This document shows positions 1 to 8,621 of a stretch of DNA of 24,339 nt, piece by piece. This DNA is from Candidatus Moranbacteria bacterium CG_4_8_14_3_um_filter_34_16 (GTDB lineage Bacteria > Patescibacteriota > Minisyncoccia > Moranbacterales > UBA2206). Within the stretch, counting starts at the first letter, position 1. Each line of letters opens with the position of its first letter. The notes beneath the pieces are model-generated. The model did no database searches. It was not told where the DNA came from and worked only from the letters and a program-made list of their open reading frames with translations. The stretch is taken from NCBI GenBank assembly GCA_002782345.1, contig PFHO01000019.1:1-24339 (forward strand), written 5' to 3'. The position numbers and the translations under genes are program-made.

Positions 1-26
1 TTTATGTTTCAGGTTTTTCCTTTTGT

Positions 27-446
27 ATGGCTAAGATAAAAAAGATAATTAAACTTCAAATTCAGGCCGGAAAAGCTACTCCTGCTCCTCCGGTAGGACC
101 GGTTTTGGGTCAACATGGTTTGAATATTCAAGATTTTTGCATAAAATTTAACGATGCGACAAAAGATAAGGGCGATGATATAATTCCGGCAGAGATCACG
201 GTTTTTGAAGATAGAACTTTTATTTTTATCTTAAAAACTCCTCCGGTTTCCGATTTATTAAGAAAAGCGTTAGGTATTAAAAAAGGAGCGGGCAATCCTT
301 TGAAGGATAAAGTGGGGAAAATAACTCAAGAACAATTGACTGAAATTGCTCAAAAAAAAATGCCCGATCTTAATGCTAATGATTTGGAAGGTGCTAAAAA
401 AATAGTGGCGGGAACAGCTAGAAGTATGGGAGTCAAAATTGAATAG
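27..446 (+). CDS. rplK: 50S ribosomal protein L11 (uL11)
   Basis: 139-aa ORF with canonical L11 motifs [38 protein letters not shown]; followed by L1. Confidence 0.98.
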   Translation: MAKIKKIIKLQIQAGKATPAPPVGPVLGQHGLNIQDFCIKFNDATKDKGDDIIPAEITVFEDRTFIFILKTPPVSDLLRKALGIKKGAGNPLKDKVGKITQEQLTEIAQKKMPDLNANDLEGAKKIVAGTARSMGVKIE

Positions 447-482
447 TTTAGAAATGTTTTAATTTTTTGTAATTATTATCAA

Positions 483-511
483 GTGGGAGATCAAAAGATC
501 GTTTGCACCAC
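483..511 (+). promoter_or_regulatory. Probable ribosomal protein L1 autoregulatory mRNA binding site
   Basis: GTGG-GA-GATC-AAAA-GATC-GTTTGCA-CCAC: two short stems separated by an asymmetric internal loop, 10 nt before the rplA ATG. Resembles the GUGGGAG...ACCAC L1-binding motif found between rplK and rplA in several phyla. Confidence 0.65.
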
Positions 512-521
512 AAGAAACAAT

Positions 522-1220
522 ATGAAACGGGGAAAAAAATATGTTGCGATTGCTCAAAAAATAGATCACAAAAAAAAGTATAGCTTAGCTGAAGCGATAA
601 AAATCATAAAAGAAAATAGATTTGCCAGTTTTGATGAGACTGTGGAAATTCATATCAAAACCAATGTTGATTTCAAAAAAGGCGATCAGCAAATAAGATC
701 TACCGTTAATTTGCCTTTTGGAACGGGAAAAACAAAAAAAATAGCGGTGATCACTTCTACAAAAGTCGAAGAAGCTAAAAAAGCAGGAGCGGATTTGGTG
801 GGTGGAGAAGAAATTCTGGAAAAAATAAAAAGCGGAAAATTTTTTGATAGTCAAAACGGAATAAATGTTTTAGTGGCGACACCTGAGATGATGCCGAAAT
901 TGGCTTCGGTAGCTAAAATTTTAGGACCGAAAGGTTTGATGCCTAATCCTAAAACTGAAACAGTTACGCTTAAGATAAAAGAAACAGTGGAAGCTTTGAA
1001 AAAAGGAAAGGCCGCTTTTAAAAATGATAATTCTGGAAACATTCATCAAGCGGTAGGAAAGATTTCTTTTGAAGATGAAAAGTTGGCAAAAAATATTGAA
1101 GTTTTCTTGGCGGAAATTGAAAAGTCAAAACCGACGAGTTTGAAAGGAAAATTGATTTTCGGAATAAGTCTTTGTTCCACTATGGGAGCGGGGATTAAAA
1201 TTGATTGGGAGAAAAAATAA
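522..1220 (+). CDS. rplA: 50S ribosomal protein L1 (uL1)
   Basis: Motifs FDETVEIH, LPFGTGK, VATPEMMP, LGPKGLMPNPK, STMGAGI. Start moved from GTG 483 in the ORF track to ATG 522 (MKRGKKY) because 483-511 is the L1-site hairpin. Confidence 0.97.
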   Translation: MKRGKKYVAIAQKIDHKKKYSLAEAIKIIKENRFASFDETVEIHIKTNVDFKKGDQQIRSTVNLPFGTGKTKKIAVITSTKVEEAKKAGADLVGGEEILEKIKSGKFFDSQNGINVLVATPEMMPKLASVAKILGPKGLMPNPKTETVTLKIKETVEALKKGKAAFKNDNSGNIHQAVGKISFEDEKLAKNIEVFLAEIEKSKPTSLKGKLIFGISLCSTMGAGIKIDWEKK

Positions 1221-1245
1221 TTTAGAATGTTTTTTTCTTTATTCT

Positions 1246-1272
1246 CAAAACGCTCTTGATTGAGCGTTTTTG
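1246..1272 (+). terminator. Intrinsic terminator after rplA
   Basis: AAAACGCTC-TTGATT-GAGCGTTTT hairpin followed by T-rich sequence. Confidence 0.75.
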
Positions 1273-1287
1273 AATTTTTTTGAAGAA

Positions 1288-1316
1288 TTGCTTTTTAGGA
1301 ATAAAAAATTTATAAT
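1288..1316 (+). promoter_or_regulatory. Putative sigma70 promoter of the ABC operon
   Basis: TTGCTT(1288-1293)-17 bp-TATAAT(1311-1316), 43 bp upstream of ATG 1360. Confidence 0.6.
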
Positions 1317-1359
1317 TAGACTAAGATAAAAATATATAAAAAATGGAAATGATTTTTTA

Positions 1360-2676
1360 ATGGATAATCCTATAATTCAAACTGAAAATCTTAAAGTTAT
1401 TTATAATCGTGGAAAAGAAAATGAAGTTCGTTCTCTTTTTGATGTGAGCGTAAAAATATATCCCAAAGAATATGTGATCATATACGGTCCTTCTGGTTGC
1501 GGAAAATCCACCTTGCTTTATTCAATGTCGGGTCTTCAACCTCCAACTGAAGGAGATGTGATCATCAAAACTAAATCAATTTCCAAAATGACCAAAAAAG
1601 AAATTGTAGAATTGCATCAAGTGGGAATTGGTATGGTTTTTCAAGCTTTTTATCTTATTCCTTCTTTGGATATTTTAGAGAATGTTTGTTTGCCAAAAGT
1701 TTTCAGAGGAGAATCCAAAAACAAAAGGAAGGAAGAAGGGATAAAGTTGTTGCATCGTTTCGGAGTTGTAGAACAATCTAAAAAGTTCCCCAGTCAGCTT
1801 TCCGGTGGACAAAAACAGAGAGTTTCTATTGCGCGTTCTCTCATTAATAATCCAGAAGTCATTTTTGCCGATGAACCGGTGGGAAATTTAGACAGCGAAT
1901 CGTCAGAAAATGTGATGAGAATTCTCAAAGAGTTAAATGAAATTGACGAAAAAACCATTGTGCTAGTAACTCACAATGCTGAACATTTGCATTTTGCTGA
2001 TAGAATAATTTATATGAAAGACGGGAAAGTGTTTAAGGAAGAAGTTAATAAGGAAAAAAGACCTCCGGAAGCGATTAAAAACATTTCCAATGTGAAATAT
2101 GAAGAATTAAGCAATGAGCTGAAACTTCTTATGCGAACATTTAAAAATTTGTCGTTGAAACAAGTCAATTCTCTTTTGATCCCTTTTAAATCGGAACAAT
2201 TGATGCACCATGTATTGTCAGAATTAAATCAAGAACAAATTCAAACCGCTAGTTCTTATCTCAAGGAATTTTTATTCAAAGATATTAACATTGATGTTTT
2301 GTCAAAAAGTTTGGATTTGGATTATGAAAAAGGCGGAGCCGGATGGAATAGACAAAGGGTGAGTGCGTTTATCGGAAGAGTCCAGCATATAATTAGATTG
2401 GCGGAGATTATTTCTGTCGGACCAGATTCATCTTCGGCTCAAGCGTTGTCCGACTATTTAACGGAATTATTTGGTCTGAAATTTGATCAAAAAAGACAAA
2501 ATCGTTTTATTTCTTTTTTGAGATCAAGAATAAAAAACAAAATTGATCGTTTTGAATTGCAAAAAAGTTTGGATATTTCGGAATTATTGGGTGGATTGGG
2601 ACTGTATAAAAATAAAGCAGAAAAAATTTCTCGAGAAGTGGAAATAATAATGCTAATGAAATATTCCCAATATTGA
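1360..2676 (+). CDS. ABC transporter ATP-binding protein (LolD/MacB type) with ~200-aa C-terminal extension
   Basis: Walker A GPSGCGKS, Q-loop MVFQAFYL, signature LSGGQKQRV, Walker B IFADEPVGNLD, H-loop LVTHN. Nucleotide-binding domain ends near aa 230; the remainder is an unrecognised helical domain. Confidence 0.93.
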   Translation: MDNPIIQTENLKVIYNRGKENEVRSLFDVSVKIYPKEYVIIYGPSGCGKSTLLYSMSGLQPPTEGDVIIKTKSISKMTKKEIVELHQVGIGMVFQAFYLIPSLDILENVCLPKVFRGESKNKRKEEGIKLLHRFGVVEQSKKFPSQLSGGQKQRVSIARSLINNPEVIFADEPVGNLDSESSENVMRILKELNEIDEKTIVLVTHNAEHLHFADRIIYMKDGKVFKEEVNKEKRPPEAIKNISNVKYEELSNELKLLMRTFKNLSLKQVNSLLIPFKSEQLMHHVLSELNQEQIQTASSYLKEFLFKDINIDVLSKSLDLDYEKGGAGWNRQRVSAFIGRVQHIIRLAEIISVGPDSSSAQALSDYLTELFGLKFDQKRQNRFISFLRSRIKNKIDRFELQKSLDISELLGGLGLYKNKAEKISREVEIIMLMKYSQY

Positions 2677-3929
2677 TTTTCTCTCTCTTAACTAAATTTA
2701 AAAAAATGAAATTTAGAGATTTATTTTTGCTTTCAACTAGAATGTTTAAGGCGCGAACCTCGCGAACCTTTTTGACTATTTTGGGAATGAGTGTCGGAAT
2801 AGGTGCGATAATTTTTTTGGTTTCTCTAGGTTATGGTTTGCAAAACACCCTTTTGGAAAAAATCACCACTTCTGATTCCTTGCTTACTTTGGATGTTTCT
2901 TCTCAACGAGGAGGAGAAGCTAAGCTGAATTTGGAGACAATTCAAGAGATAAAAAAAATTGAAAATGTGGATATTATTAGTCCTTCATTTCAACTTGAAT
3001 CTCAAGGAAAAATGAATGATTTGACTACTGATTTGCCAGTTACAGTGGTGGATTCAGACTACTTGAAATTGGGAGGAATAAAATTGGTGGAAGGCAGGCT
3101 TATCAATAATGATGAGATAAGCGGGATTATTATTTCTTCTTCAGTGGCACAAATTTTTAACAAAACTCCCGCAGAAATTATTGGTAAAGAAATGAATTTT
3201 ATTTTTTTTATTCCATTTGAGGAAGAAGGTAATGGAAAAACAGAAAGTGAAAAAAAACAAAAAGATCGGCAAGAAAAATACGAACCGAAAGAAAAGTTCA
3301 AAATTATCGGAGTTTTGGAAAGCGATGACAGCACGGTTTATGTTAATTCAAGAGTTGTCGGAGATATCAATCCAAAGGAATTTGCGCAAGCAAAAGTGAA
3401 ATGTATGAAAAGTGAAAAAATGGCTGAAATATCCGAAAAAATAGCTAAAATAGGGTTTGTGGTTTCGTCTTTGTCGGAAACAGTGGATCAAGCTAATAAG
3501 ATATTCAGAGTGGTAAAAGTAGTGTTGATGCTTTTTGGTGTAATTGCTTTGGTAGTAAGTGCGATTGGGATGTTTAACACGATGACTATAACGCTTTTGG
3601 AAAGAACAGAAGAAATTGGAATTATGAAAGCGATTGGAGCTTCTGACTCTATGATCTCGCTTATGTTTGTTATGGAGGCTTCTATTATGGGTTTTTTGGG
3701 AGGATTATTAGGGGTTATAATTGGGTGGATGGAAGGAGAAATTTTTAATTTTGCCGTTAATATGGTGGCGGTTCACTTTGGCGGACAAAAAGTGGATTTA
3801 TTTTTCAGTCCTATTTGGTTTATTATGTCAGTGATAATTTTTTCAACCATAGTCGGATTTTTAACCGGAGTGATTCCCGCTCGTCGCGCCAGTAAAATTG
3901 ATACTTTGGATGCCCTAAGATATAAATAA
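2673..3929 (+). CDS. ABC transporter permease, MacB/FtsX family
   Basis: N-terminal TM (RTFLTILGMSVGIGAIIFLVSLGYG), large extracytoplasmic domain, C-terminal FtsX domain (MFNTMTITLLERTEEIGIMKAIGA ... PARRASKIDTLDALRY). Start is either TTG 2673, overlapping the upstream TGA, or ATG 2706. Confidence 0.93.
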   Translation: MIFSLLTKFKKMKFRDLFLLSTRMFKARTSRTFLTILGMSVGIGAIIFLVSLGYGLQNTLLEKITTSDSLLTLDVSSQRGGEAKLNLETIQEIKKIENVDIISPSFQLESQGKMNDLTTDLPVTVVDSDYLKLGGIKLVEGRLINNDEISGIIISSSVAQIFNKTPAEIIGKEMNFIFFIPFEEEGNGKTESEKKQKDRQEKYEPKEKFKIIGVLESDDSTVYVNSRVVGDINPKEFAQAKVKCMKSEKMAEISEKIAKIGFVVSSLSETVDQANKIFRVVKVVLMLFGVIALVVSAIGMFNTMTITLLERTEEIGIMKAIGASDSMISLMFVMEASIMGFLGGLLGVIIGWMEGEIFNFAVNMVAVHFGGQKVDLFFSPIWFIMSVIIFSTIVGFLTGVIPARRASKIDTLDALRYK

Positions 3930-4087
3930 TTTTTTTTATTCATCTTAGAAATTGCGTGTTTGCTTTAAAATTATTCCAATGCGTGCAAATGGCTGAATTA
4001 AATAAATGAGTGGTTATAAAAAAAGTTGAAATTTTTTAAATGTTTTTGTTGGTGGCGATTTTTTGAAGTGAATTAAAATTGATATGG

Positions 4088-4837
4088 TTAAGAAATTTCT
4101 TGTCTGGCGATGACTGCTCCAAAAACTTTTTTAGCGCCGAAAAATTTCAAAATTTTAGCACATTCTAGAAGGGTGGAGCCAGTAGTGGAAACGTCATCAA
4201 TTAGGAGAATATTTTGGTTTTTTATTTTTTTGATTTCTTCTTTTTTCAGACAAAAAGCTCCTTGCATATTGGAAACTCTTTCTTTGTAACTTTTTATTTT
4301 CATTTGTGGTGGGGTATATTTTTTGCGTTGAAGAACATTTTTTTCAATGGGTATTTCCAAGCCGATTGTTAAGTTGAGACTGATAAAATCAGCTAAAAGT
4401 TCGGCTTGATTGAATCCTCTCCAGCGGAGACGACGGGGGTGAAGGGGAATGGGGATAATTAAATCCGGGATGGGGATATTGTTTTTGACAAGCGCCTTTA
4501 AAATTATTTTTCCCAAAGGAATGCTTAAATCTGAAATAAAATTATATTTATATACATGAATAACTTTTGAAAGTCTTCCTCTTTTATATTTGGCGGAAAC
4601 TAACAAATTATCCAAAAAAATTTCTTTGTTTTTTTTGGAAAAATAAAGTTTGCATTTGGGGCAAATAGCTCCTTTAGTGGAAGATATTTTTTCGCAATAA
4701 GGGCAAACTTGTTCTGAGACAATTTCTATTTTTTCAAAACAATTTTGACAAAACCAAGCATTCTCTTTTTTGCAAATAACGCAAGAGATCGGAAAAAGAG
4801 TGTCTAAGATAAATTTTTTTATCCTTTCAAAAGACAA
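4088..4837 (-). CDS. comF: ComF family protein (double zinc ribbon + phosphoribosyltransferase domain)
   Basis: LFPISCVICKK..WFCQNC, CPYC..CPKC zinc ribbons; PIPLHPRRLRWRGFNQAELL; ILLIDDVSTTGSTL PRTase motif. Confidence 0.92.
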   Translation of the reverse strand: MSFERIKKFILDTLFPISCVICKKENAWFCQNCFEKIEIVSEQVCPYCEKISSTKGAICPKCKLYFSKKNKEIFLDNLLVSAKYKRGRLSKVIHVYKYNFISDLSIPLGKIILKALVKNNIPIPDLIIPIPLHPRRLRWRGFNQAELLADFISLNLTIGLEIPIEKNVLQRKKYTPPQMKIKSYKERVSNMQGAFCLKKEEIKKIKNQNILLIDDVSTTGSTLLECAKILKFFGAKKVFGAVIARQEIS

Positions 4838-4849
4838 AATAGAGGAAAT

Positions 4850-7414
4850 TTAAAAAATTTTCAAATGATTCTTTTGAGTATCGGCGATTATTTTATTTTT
4901 CTTGATCTTTTTTTTGATAATCATTTCCGCAATCGGGTTTTTCAATTTTTCGCAAATAGTTTTTGCCACTAAACGCGCTCCCTGGTCTTGAGAAAAACTT
5001 ATTTTAGCGAGAATTTTCAAAGCAGTTGGGCTTACAAGCAGATCAAGATTTTGTTTTTTGAGTTTCTCTTTGAATTTTTCAATTTCTATTTCAGTTATTT
5101 TCAAAATATCTTTTTGGGTAAGAGGATGAAAAACTAAAATATGATCCAAACGATTGAGAAGTTCTGTTTTAAGCTTATTTTTCAGTTCGGAAAGCGTTTT
5201 TTGTCTGATTGTTTCAAAATTTTTGTTTGACGCGGTGGAATTTTTTTGTTGAAAACCGATCTTGGAAAGATTAGTGAAATATTCTGTTCCGATATTGGTC
5301 GTGAGAATAATCAAAGTGTTTTTAAAATTAACTTCCAAGCCTTCCGCGTCAGTCAAAATTCCATCCTCCAAAATTTGAAGCAGAATGTTCAAAACATCCG
5401 GATGAGCTTTTTCTATTTCATCAAAAAGGACCACACAATAGGGGTTGCGTCTAACTTTTTCAGTCAGTTTTCCTCCCTCCCCATATCCGATATATCCGGC
5501 GGGCGATCCAATCAAAGAAGAAAGACTGTGTTTTTCCATTAGCTCGCTCATATCAATTCTGATGAAGGATTCTTTTTTTGAAAAGAAATCCTGCGCTAAA
5601 ACTTTAGCGGTAAAAGTTTTTCCGGTTCCGGTAGGTCCCAGGAAAAGAAAAGATCCGATGGGACGATCGGTGTTTTCAACACCAGCTTGAAAGCGAAGCA
5701 AGGAAAAAACTATTTTTTCCAAGATATCTTTTTGCCCGATTATCTTTTTTTCCAGCATTGGCAAAAGATTTTTTATCTTTTCATTTTCACTTTGAGAAAT
5801 TTTTTCTTTGGGAATGCCTGAAATTTGAGAAACAGTCTTAAAAATATCGCGAGGAATGAGATGAATGGGTTTTTTATCATTTTCCAATTGTTGTTTTTTT
5901 TGCCAAAATTCAATTTCTTTGTTTTTCTTTCCTTCTTGATTTTTCAATTGAATTGCCCTTTCAAAGTTTTCTTTTTTTACCAAAATTTCTTTTTCTAAAA
6001 TGATTTTTTGTTTTTCATTTTTCAATTGGCGAATTTTGAGATCAGTGGAAGAAAAAAATTTTTCGGAGCGTATTCTAGCGGCAGTTTCATCAATAATATC
6101 AATAGCTTTATCCGGCAAAAAACGATTTTTTATATAGCGTTCGGCCATTTCCACAGTTAAATCAAGAGCTTTTTTATCAATAGAAACATTGTGAAAATTT
6201 TCATAACTTTTTTTTATCCCAAAAAGTATTTTTTTAGTTTCTTCTTTGCTAGGTTCTCTCAAGATAACTGTTTGAAAACGTCTTTCCAGTGCGGCATCTT
6301 TCTCAATATTTTTTTTGAATTCAGGAAAAGTGGTCGCGCCAATAAGACGAATTTCTCCTTGAGCCAAAGCCGGTTTGATTATATTGGCTAAATCCATATT
6401 ACCTTGAACATTTCCCGCTCCGACGATGTTGTGAATTTCGTCAATAAACAAAATTAAATTTTTGTTTTTTTCGATTTCTTGAATGATTTTTTTTAGTCGT
6501 GATTCAAATTCTCCTCTAAAATTGGTTCCGGCGACTAAGGAAGTTACATCTAAACTCATTATTTTTTTATCCAACAAAAATTCCGGAACCTTATTTTGGT
6601 TTATTTTTCTGGCAAGTCCCATAACAAGAGCGGTTTTTCCCACTCCGGGATTGCCAATTAAAAGAGGATTATTTTTGTTTTTTCTTCCTAAAATTTGAAT
6701 TATTCTTTCCAATTCTTCTTCTCTCCCGATCAAAATTTCTTTTTTTTCAATTACTCTTTGGTTTATATTTTCACAAAATTTTTCCACAAAGGGGTAGGGA
6801 GAATTTATTCTAGATTTTTTGTTTGGATAAAAAAGATTTAAAAAATTATCTTTTTCAATCTCAATGCCGGTTGAGAAAAAATCATTTGAGTCAGATGAGG
6901 AAAGATTCTGTCCAAATTCGGGAAGATTTTTTAAAGATTGAGAAGAATCTTTTTCTATTGGAGGATTTTTTTTCAAGTTTATTGGTTGTTTTTTTAGAAG
7001 TGTTATCATTTTATCAATTTCGTTGTTATGAGATTCCAGTAAAGAATAAGTGAGATGTTCTGTTCCAACATAGCCATAGCCAAGATTTTTTGAAATGGAA
7101 TAAGCCTTAAGAATGGCATCTTTGGAGTTTTGTGAAAATTCTACGGTAAAAACGGGTTTTTCCTCTTTCAAATCTGAAACGAGATTTTTTGAAAAATAAT
7201 CTTCAAAATTTTTTTTCTTAAATCCCATATCTTGCATTATGCTAGAACCCATACTGCCTTTTTCCAAAAAAATTCCATAAAAAAGATAAAGGTTGTTGAC
7301 TTGACGGGTAAAATTTTTTCTGGCTAAAAGGAAAGAATTTTCTATTGAATTTTTGGCATGTTGAGTCAATTTTTCTTGGGCGATTGGCGGGAGAAAGGAA
7401 TAATAGTTTTTCAT
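4850..7414 (-). CDS. clpC: ATP-dependent Clp protease ATP-binding subunit, ClpC type
   Basis: Clp N-domain (YVGTEHL), AAA1 (GNPGVGKT, LFIDEIH), UVR-like M-domain (ENFERAIQLKNQE), AAA2 (GPTGTGKT, LFDEIEKAHPDV) and ClpP-docking IGF loop (KIGFQ). Confidence 0.9.
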   Translation of the reverse strand: MKNYYSFLPPIAQEKLTQHAKNSIENSFLLARKNFTRQVNNLYLFYGIFLEKGSMGSSIMQDMGFKKKNFEDYFSKNLVSDLKEEKPVFTVEFSQNSKDAILKAYSISKNLGYGYVGTEHLTYSLLESHNNEIDKMITLLKKQPINLKKNPPIEKDSSQSLKNLPEFGQNLSSSDSNDFFSTGIEIEKDNFLNLFYPNKKSRINSPYPFVEKFCENINQRVIEKKEILIGREEELERIIQILGRKNKNNPLLIGNPGVGKTALVMGLARKINQNKVPEFLLDKKIMSLDVTSLVAGTNFRGEFESRLKKIIQEIEKNKNLILFIDEIHNIVGAGNVQGNMDLANIIKPALAQGEIRLIGATTFPEFKKNIEKDAALERRFQTVILREPSKEETKKILFGIKKSYENFHNVSIDKKALDLTVEMAERYIKNRFLPDKAIDIIDETAARIRSEKFFSSTDLKIRQLKNEKQKIILEKEILVKKENFERAIQLKNQEGKKNKEIEFWQKKQQLENDKKPIHLIPRDIFKTVSQISGIPKEKISQSENEKIKNLLPMLEKKIIGQKDILEKIVFSLLRFQAGVENTDRPIGSFLFLGPTGTGKTFTAKVLAQDFFSKKESFIRIDMSELMEKHSLSSLIGSPAGYIGYGEGGKLTEKVRRNPYCVVLFDEIEKAHPDVLNILLQILEDGILTDAEGLEVNFKNTLIILTTNIGTEYFTNLSKIGFQQKNSTASNKNFETIRQKTLSELKNKLKTELLNRLDHILVFHPLTQKDILKITEIEIEKFKEKLKKQNLDLLVSPTALKILAKISFSQDQGARLVAKTICEKLKNPIAEMIIKKKIKKNKIIADTQKNHLKIF

Positions 7415-7517
7415 AGTATGGCAATATAATAAAATCGCGATTTAATTTTTTGTCAGTTTTAAGAGGGAACAGCCAAAACAATGAAGACAGCAACTTTAAA
7501 AATAAAATTATAAATAC

Positions 7518-7546
7518 AGTCTATTTTTAAAAAAAAGAAAAGTCAA
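7518..7546 (-). promoter_or_regulatory. Possible sigma70 promoter for clpC-comF
   Basis: Minus strand TTGACT(7546-7541)-17 bp-TAGACT(7523-7518). Confidence 0.4.
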
Positions 7547-7664
7547 ATAAAATTTAAAAAAATGTTTCTATTGATGAGCGTATAAAACAATATTTTTCTT
7601 CAGTCAAGCTTTATTTGCATTGGAAGAGAGGGTATTATTTAGGGCTTATGTTTTTCTAAAAAAG

Positions 7665-7712
7665 ACTTACTATGTAACTTACTATGTAACTTACTATGTA
7701 ACTTACTATGTA
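7665..7712. repeat. Four perfect tandem copies of the 12-mer ACTTACTATGTA
   Basis: Copies at 7665, 7677, 7689 and 7701; the array contains the palindrome TTAC-TAT-GTAA once per repeat. Confidence 0.97.
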
Positions 7713-7739
7713 AATATGACATTTTTATTTAATTTTGAC

Positions 7740-7751
7740 ACTTACTATGTA
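7740..7751. repeat. Fifth, isolated copy of ACTTACTATGTA
   Basis: Exact match, ending 4 bp upstream of the TTGACA at 7756. Confidence 0.95.
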
Positions 7752-7755
7752 ACTA

Positions 7756-7783
7756 TTGACAGAATTTTTTAGAGTGCTATTAT
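7756..7783 (+). promoter_or_regulatory. Strong sigma70 promoter pointing toward the 23S-5S locus
   Basis: TTGACA(7756-7761)-16 bp-TATTAT(7778-7783) with extended -10 TG at 7775-7776. Confidence 0.7.
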
Positions 7784-7940
7784 GGACAAGTGATTTAGAG
7801 AGCTATCAAGAACTGGTTTAAGAGGTTATTGAAAAAAAGGAATAAAACGAGTTAAAAAAAGTATATTTTGGAAATAGTCGTGAATTATTTTTTTATCCTT
7901 GTCAAGCTTTGCCTGAGGTAAAGTTTGAAAAGGGCAACTA

Positions 7941-7985
7941 ATGAAAATTTTTTCTCAAAAAAATAACAGAAAAAAAAGCGGGTGA
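7941..7985 (+). CDS. Possible 14-aa leader peptide MKIFSQKNNRKKSG
   Basis: ATG 7941 to TGA 7983-7985, preceded by AAAGGG about 6 nt upstream. Its 3' end overlaps a strand able to pair with the downstream terminator stem. Too short to support statistically. Confidence 0.25.
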   Translation: MKIFSQKNNRKKSG

Positions 7986-8013
7986 TTTTTTGGCTTTTGT
8001 TTTATTAAGAAGC

Positions 8014-8036
8014 CCGCTTTAAAAAGCGGTTTTTTT
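8014..8036 (+). terminator. Intrinsic-terminator-like hairpin in the rRNA upstream region
   Basis: CCGCTT-TAAA-AAGCGG followed by T7. Confidence 0.6.
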
Positions 8037-8359
8037 GTTTTCAAATAAAGTTTAAAATTTTGGAGAATAAAGTGGGAAGAAAATAATAGCAATTGGCGAA
8101 GAGATAAAAACGTTTGACAATTTTTTTGAAAAAATGTCCAGCGTGTAAATTTCCGCGTCAAGTCTTTTTATAAGAAAAATAAAAGGCTCGCGAACTTTGA
8201 CAATTGAATAGTTCGGATGATTTTGTTTCCTGTGAAAGTAGATATCGATCAAGAAAAGATTTTTGTAGCGAAGAATTGAAACAAAGTTAACGGACAAGGT
8301 CTATTGCTGTATTTTTTTTGTTATTTCTAGCGGAAAAAAAAGAATATTAGCGATTAGTC

Positions 8360-8394
8360 AACTTGATATTTGTTTGCAATACAAGTGTCAAGTT
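8360..8394 (+). other. Pre-rRNA leader hairpin
   Basis: AACTTGATATTTGT / ACAAGTGTCAAGTT, 14 bp with G-U pairs, 7-nt loop. Confidence 0.6.
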
Positions 8395-8419
8395 CGTAGG
8401 TAAATTTGCAAAATTGCAG

Positions 8420-8447
8420 TTGGCGATTGCTAACTGCTAACCGAACT
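8420..8447 (+). other. 5' arm of the 23S processing stem
   Basis: TTGGCGATTGCTAACTGCTAACCGAACT pairs with 12486-12512 (AGTCGGTTAGTGGTTAGCAGTAGCTAA) over ~26 bp with G-U pairs, one mismatch and one bulge. Confidence 0.85.
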
Positions 8448-8481
8448 GCTTAATTTTTTGTTTTTGCAAAAAATTAAGCAG
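8446..8481 (+). other. Perfect 15-bp hairpin just 5' of 23S
   Basis: CTGCTTAATTTTTTG / CAAAAAATTAAGCAG, 6-nt loop. Confidence 0.8.
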
Positions 8482-8621
8482 AAAAAAATAAGAGCGGTAA
8501 TACTAATGCATATGGCGGATGCCTAGACATCAAAAAGCGATGAAGGACGTAGCTAGTTGCGAAAAGCTTCGGGGAGGTGCTGAGCAACCTTTGATCCGAA
8601 GATATCCAAATGGGGCAACCC

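Noticed and set aside
7541-7550. CtsR box upstream of clpC (AGTCAAA)
   Set aside because: Only one half-site is present; it is better explained as the minus-strand -35 element.
7665-7751. CRISPR array
   Set aside because: The repeats are only 12 bp, are contiguous without unique spacers, and have no cas genes nearby.
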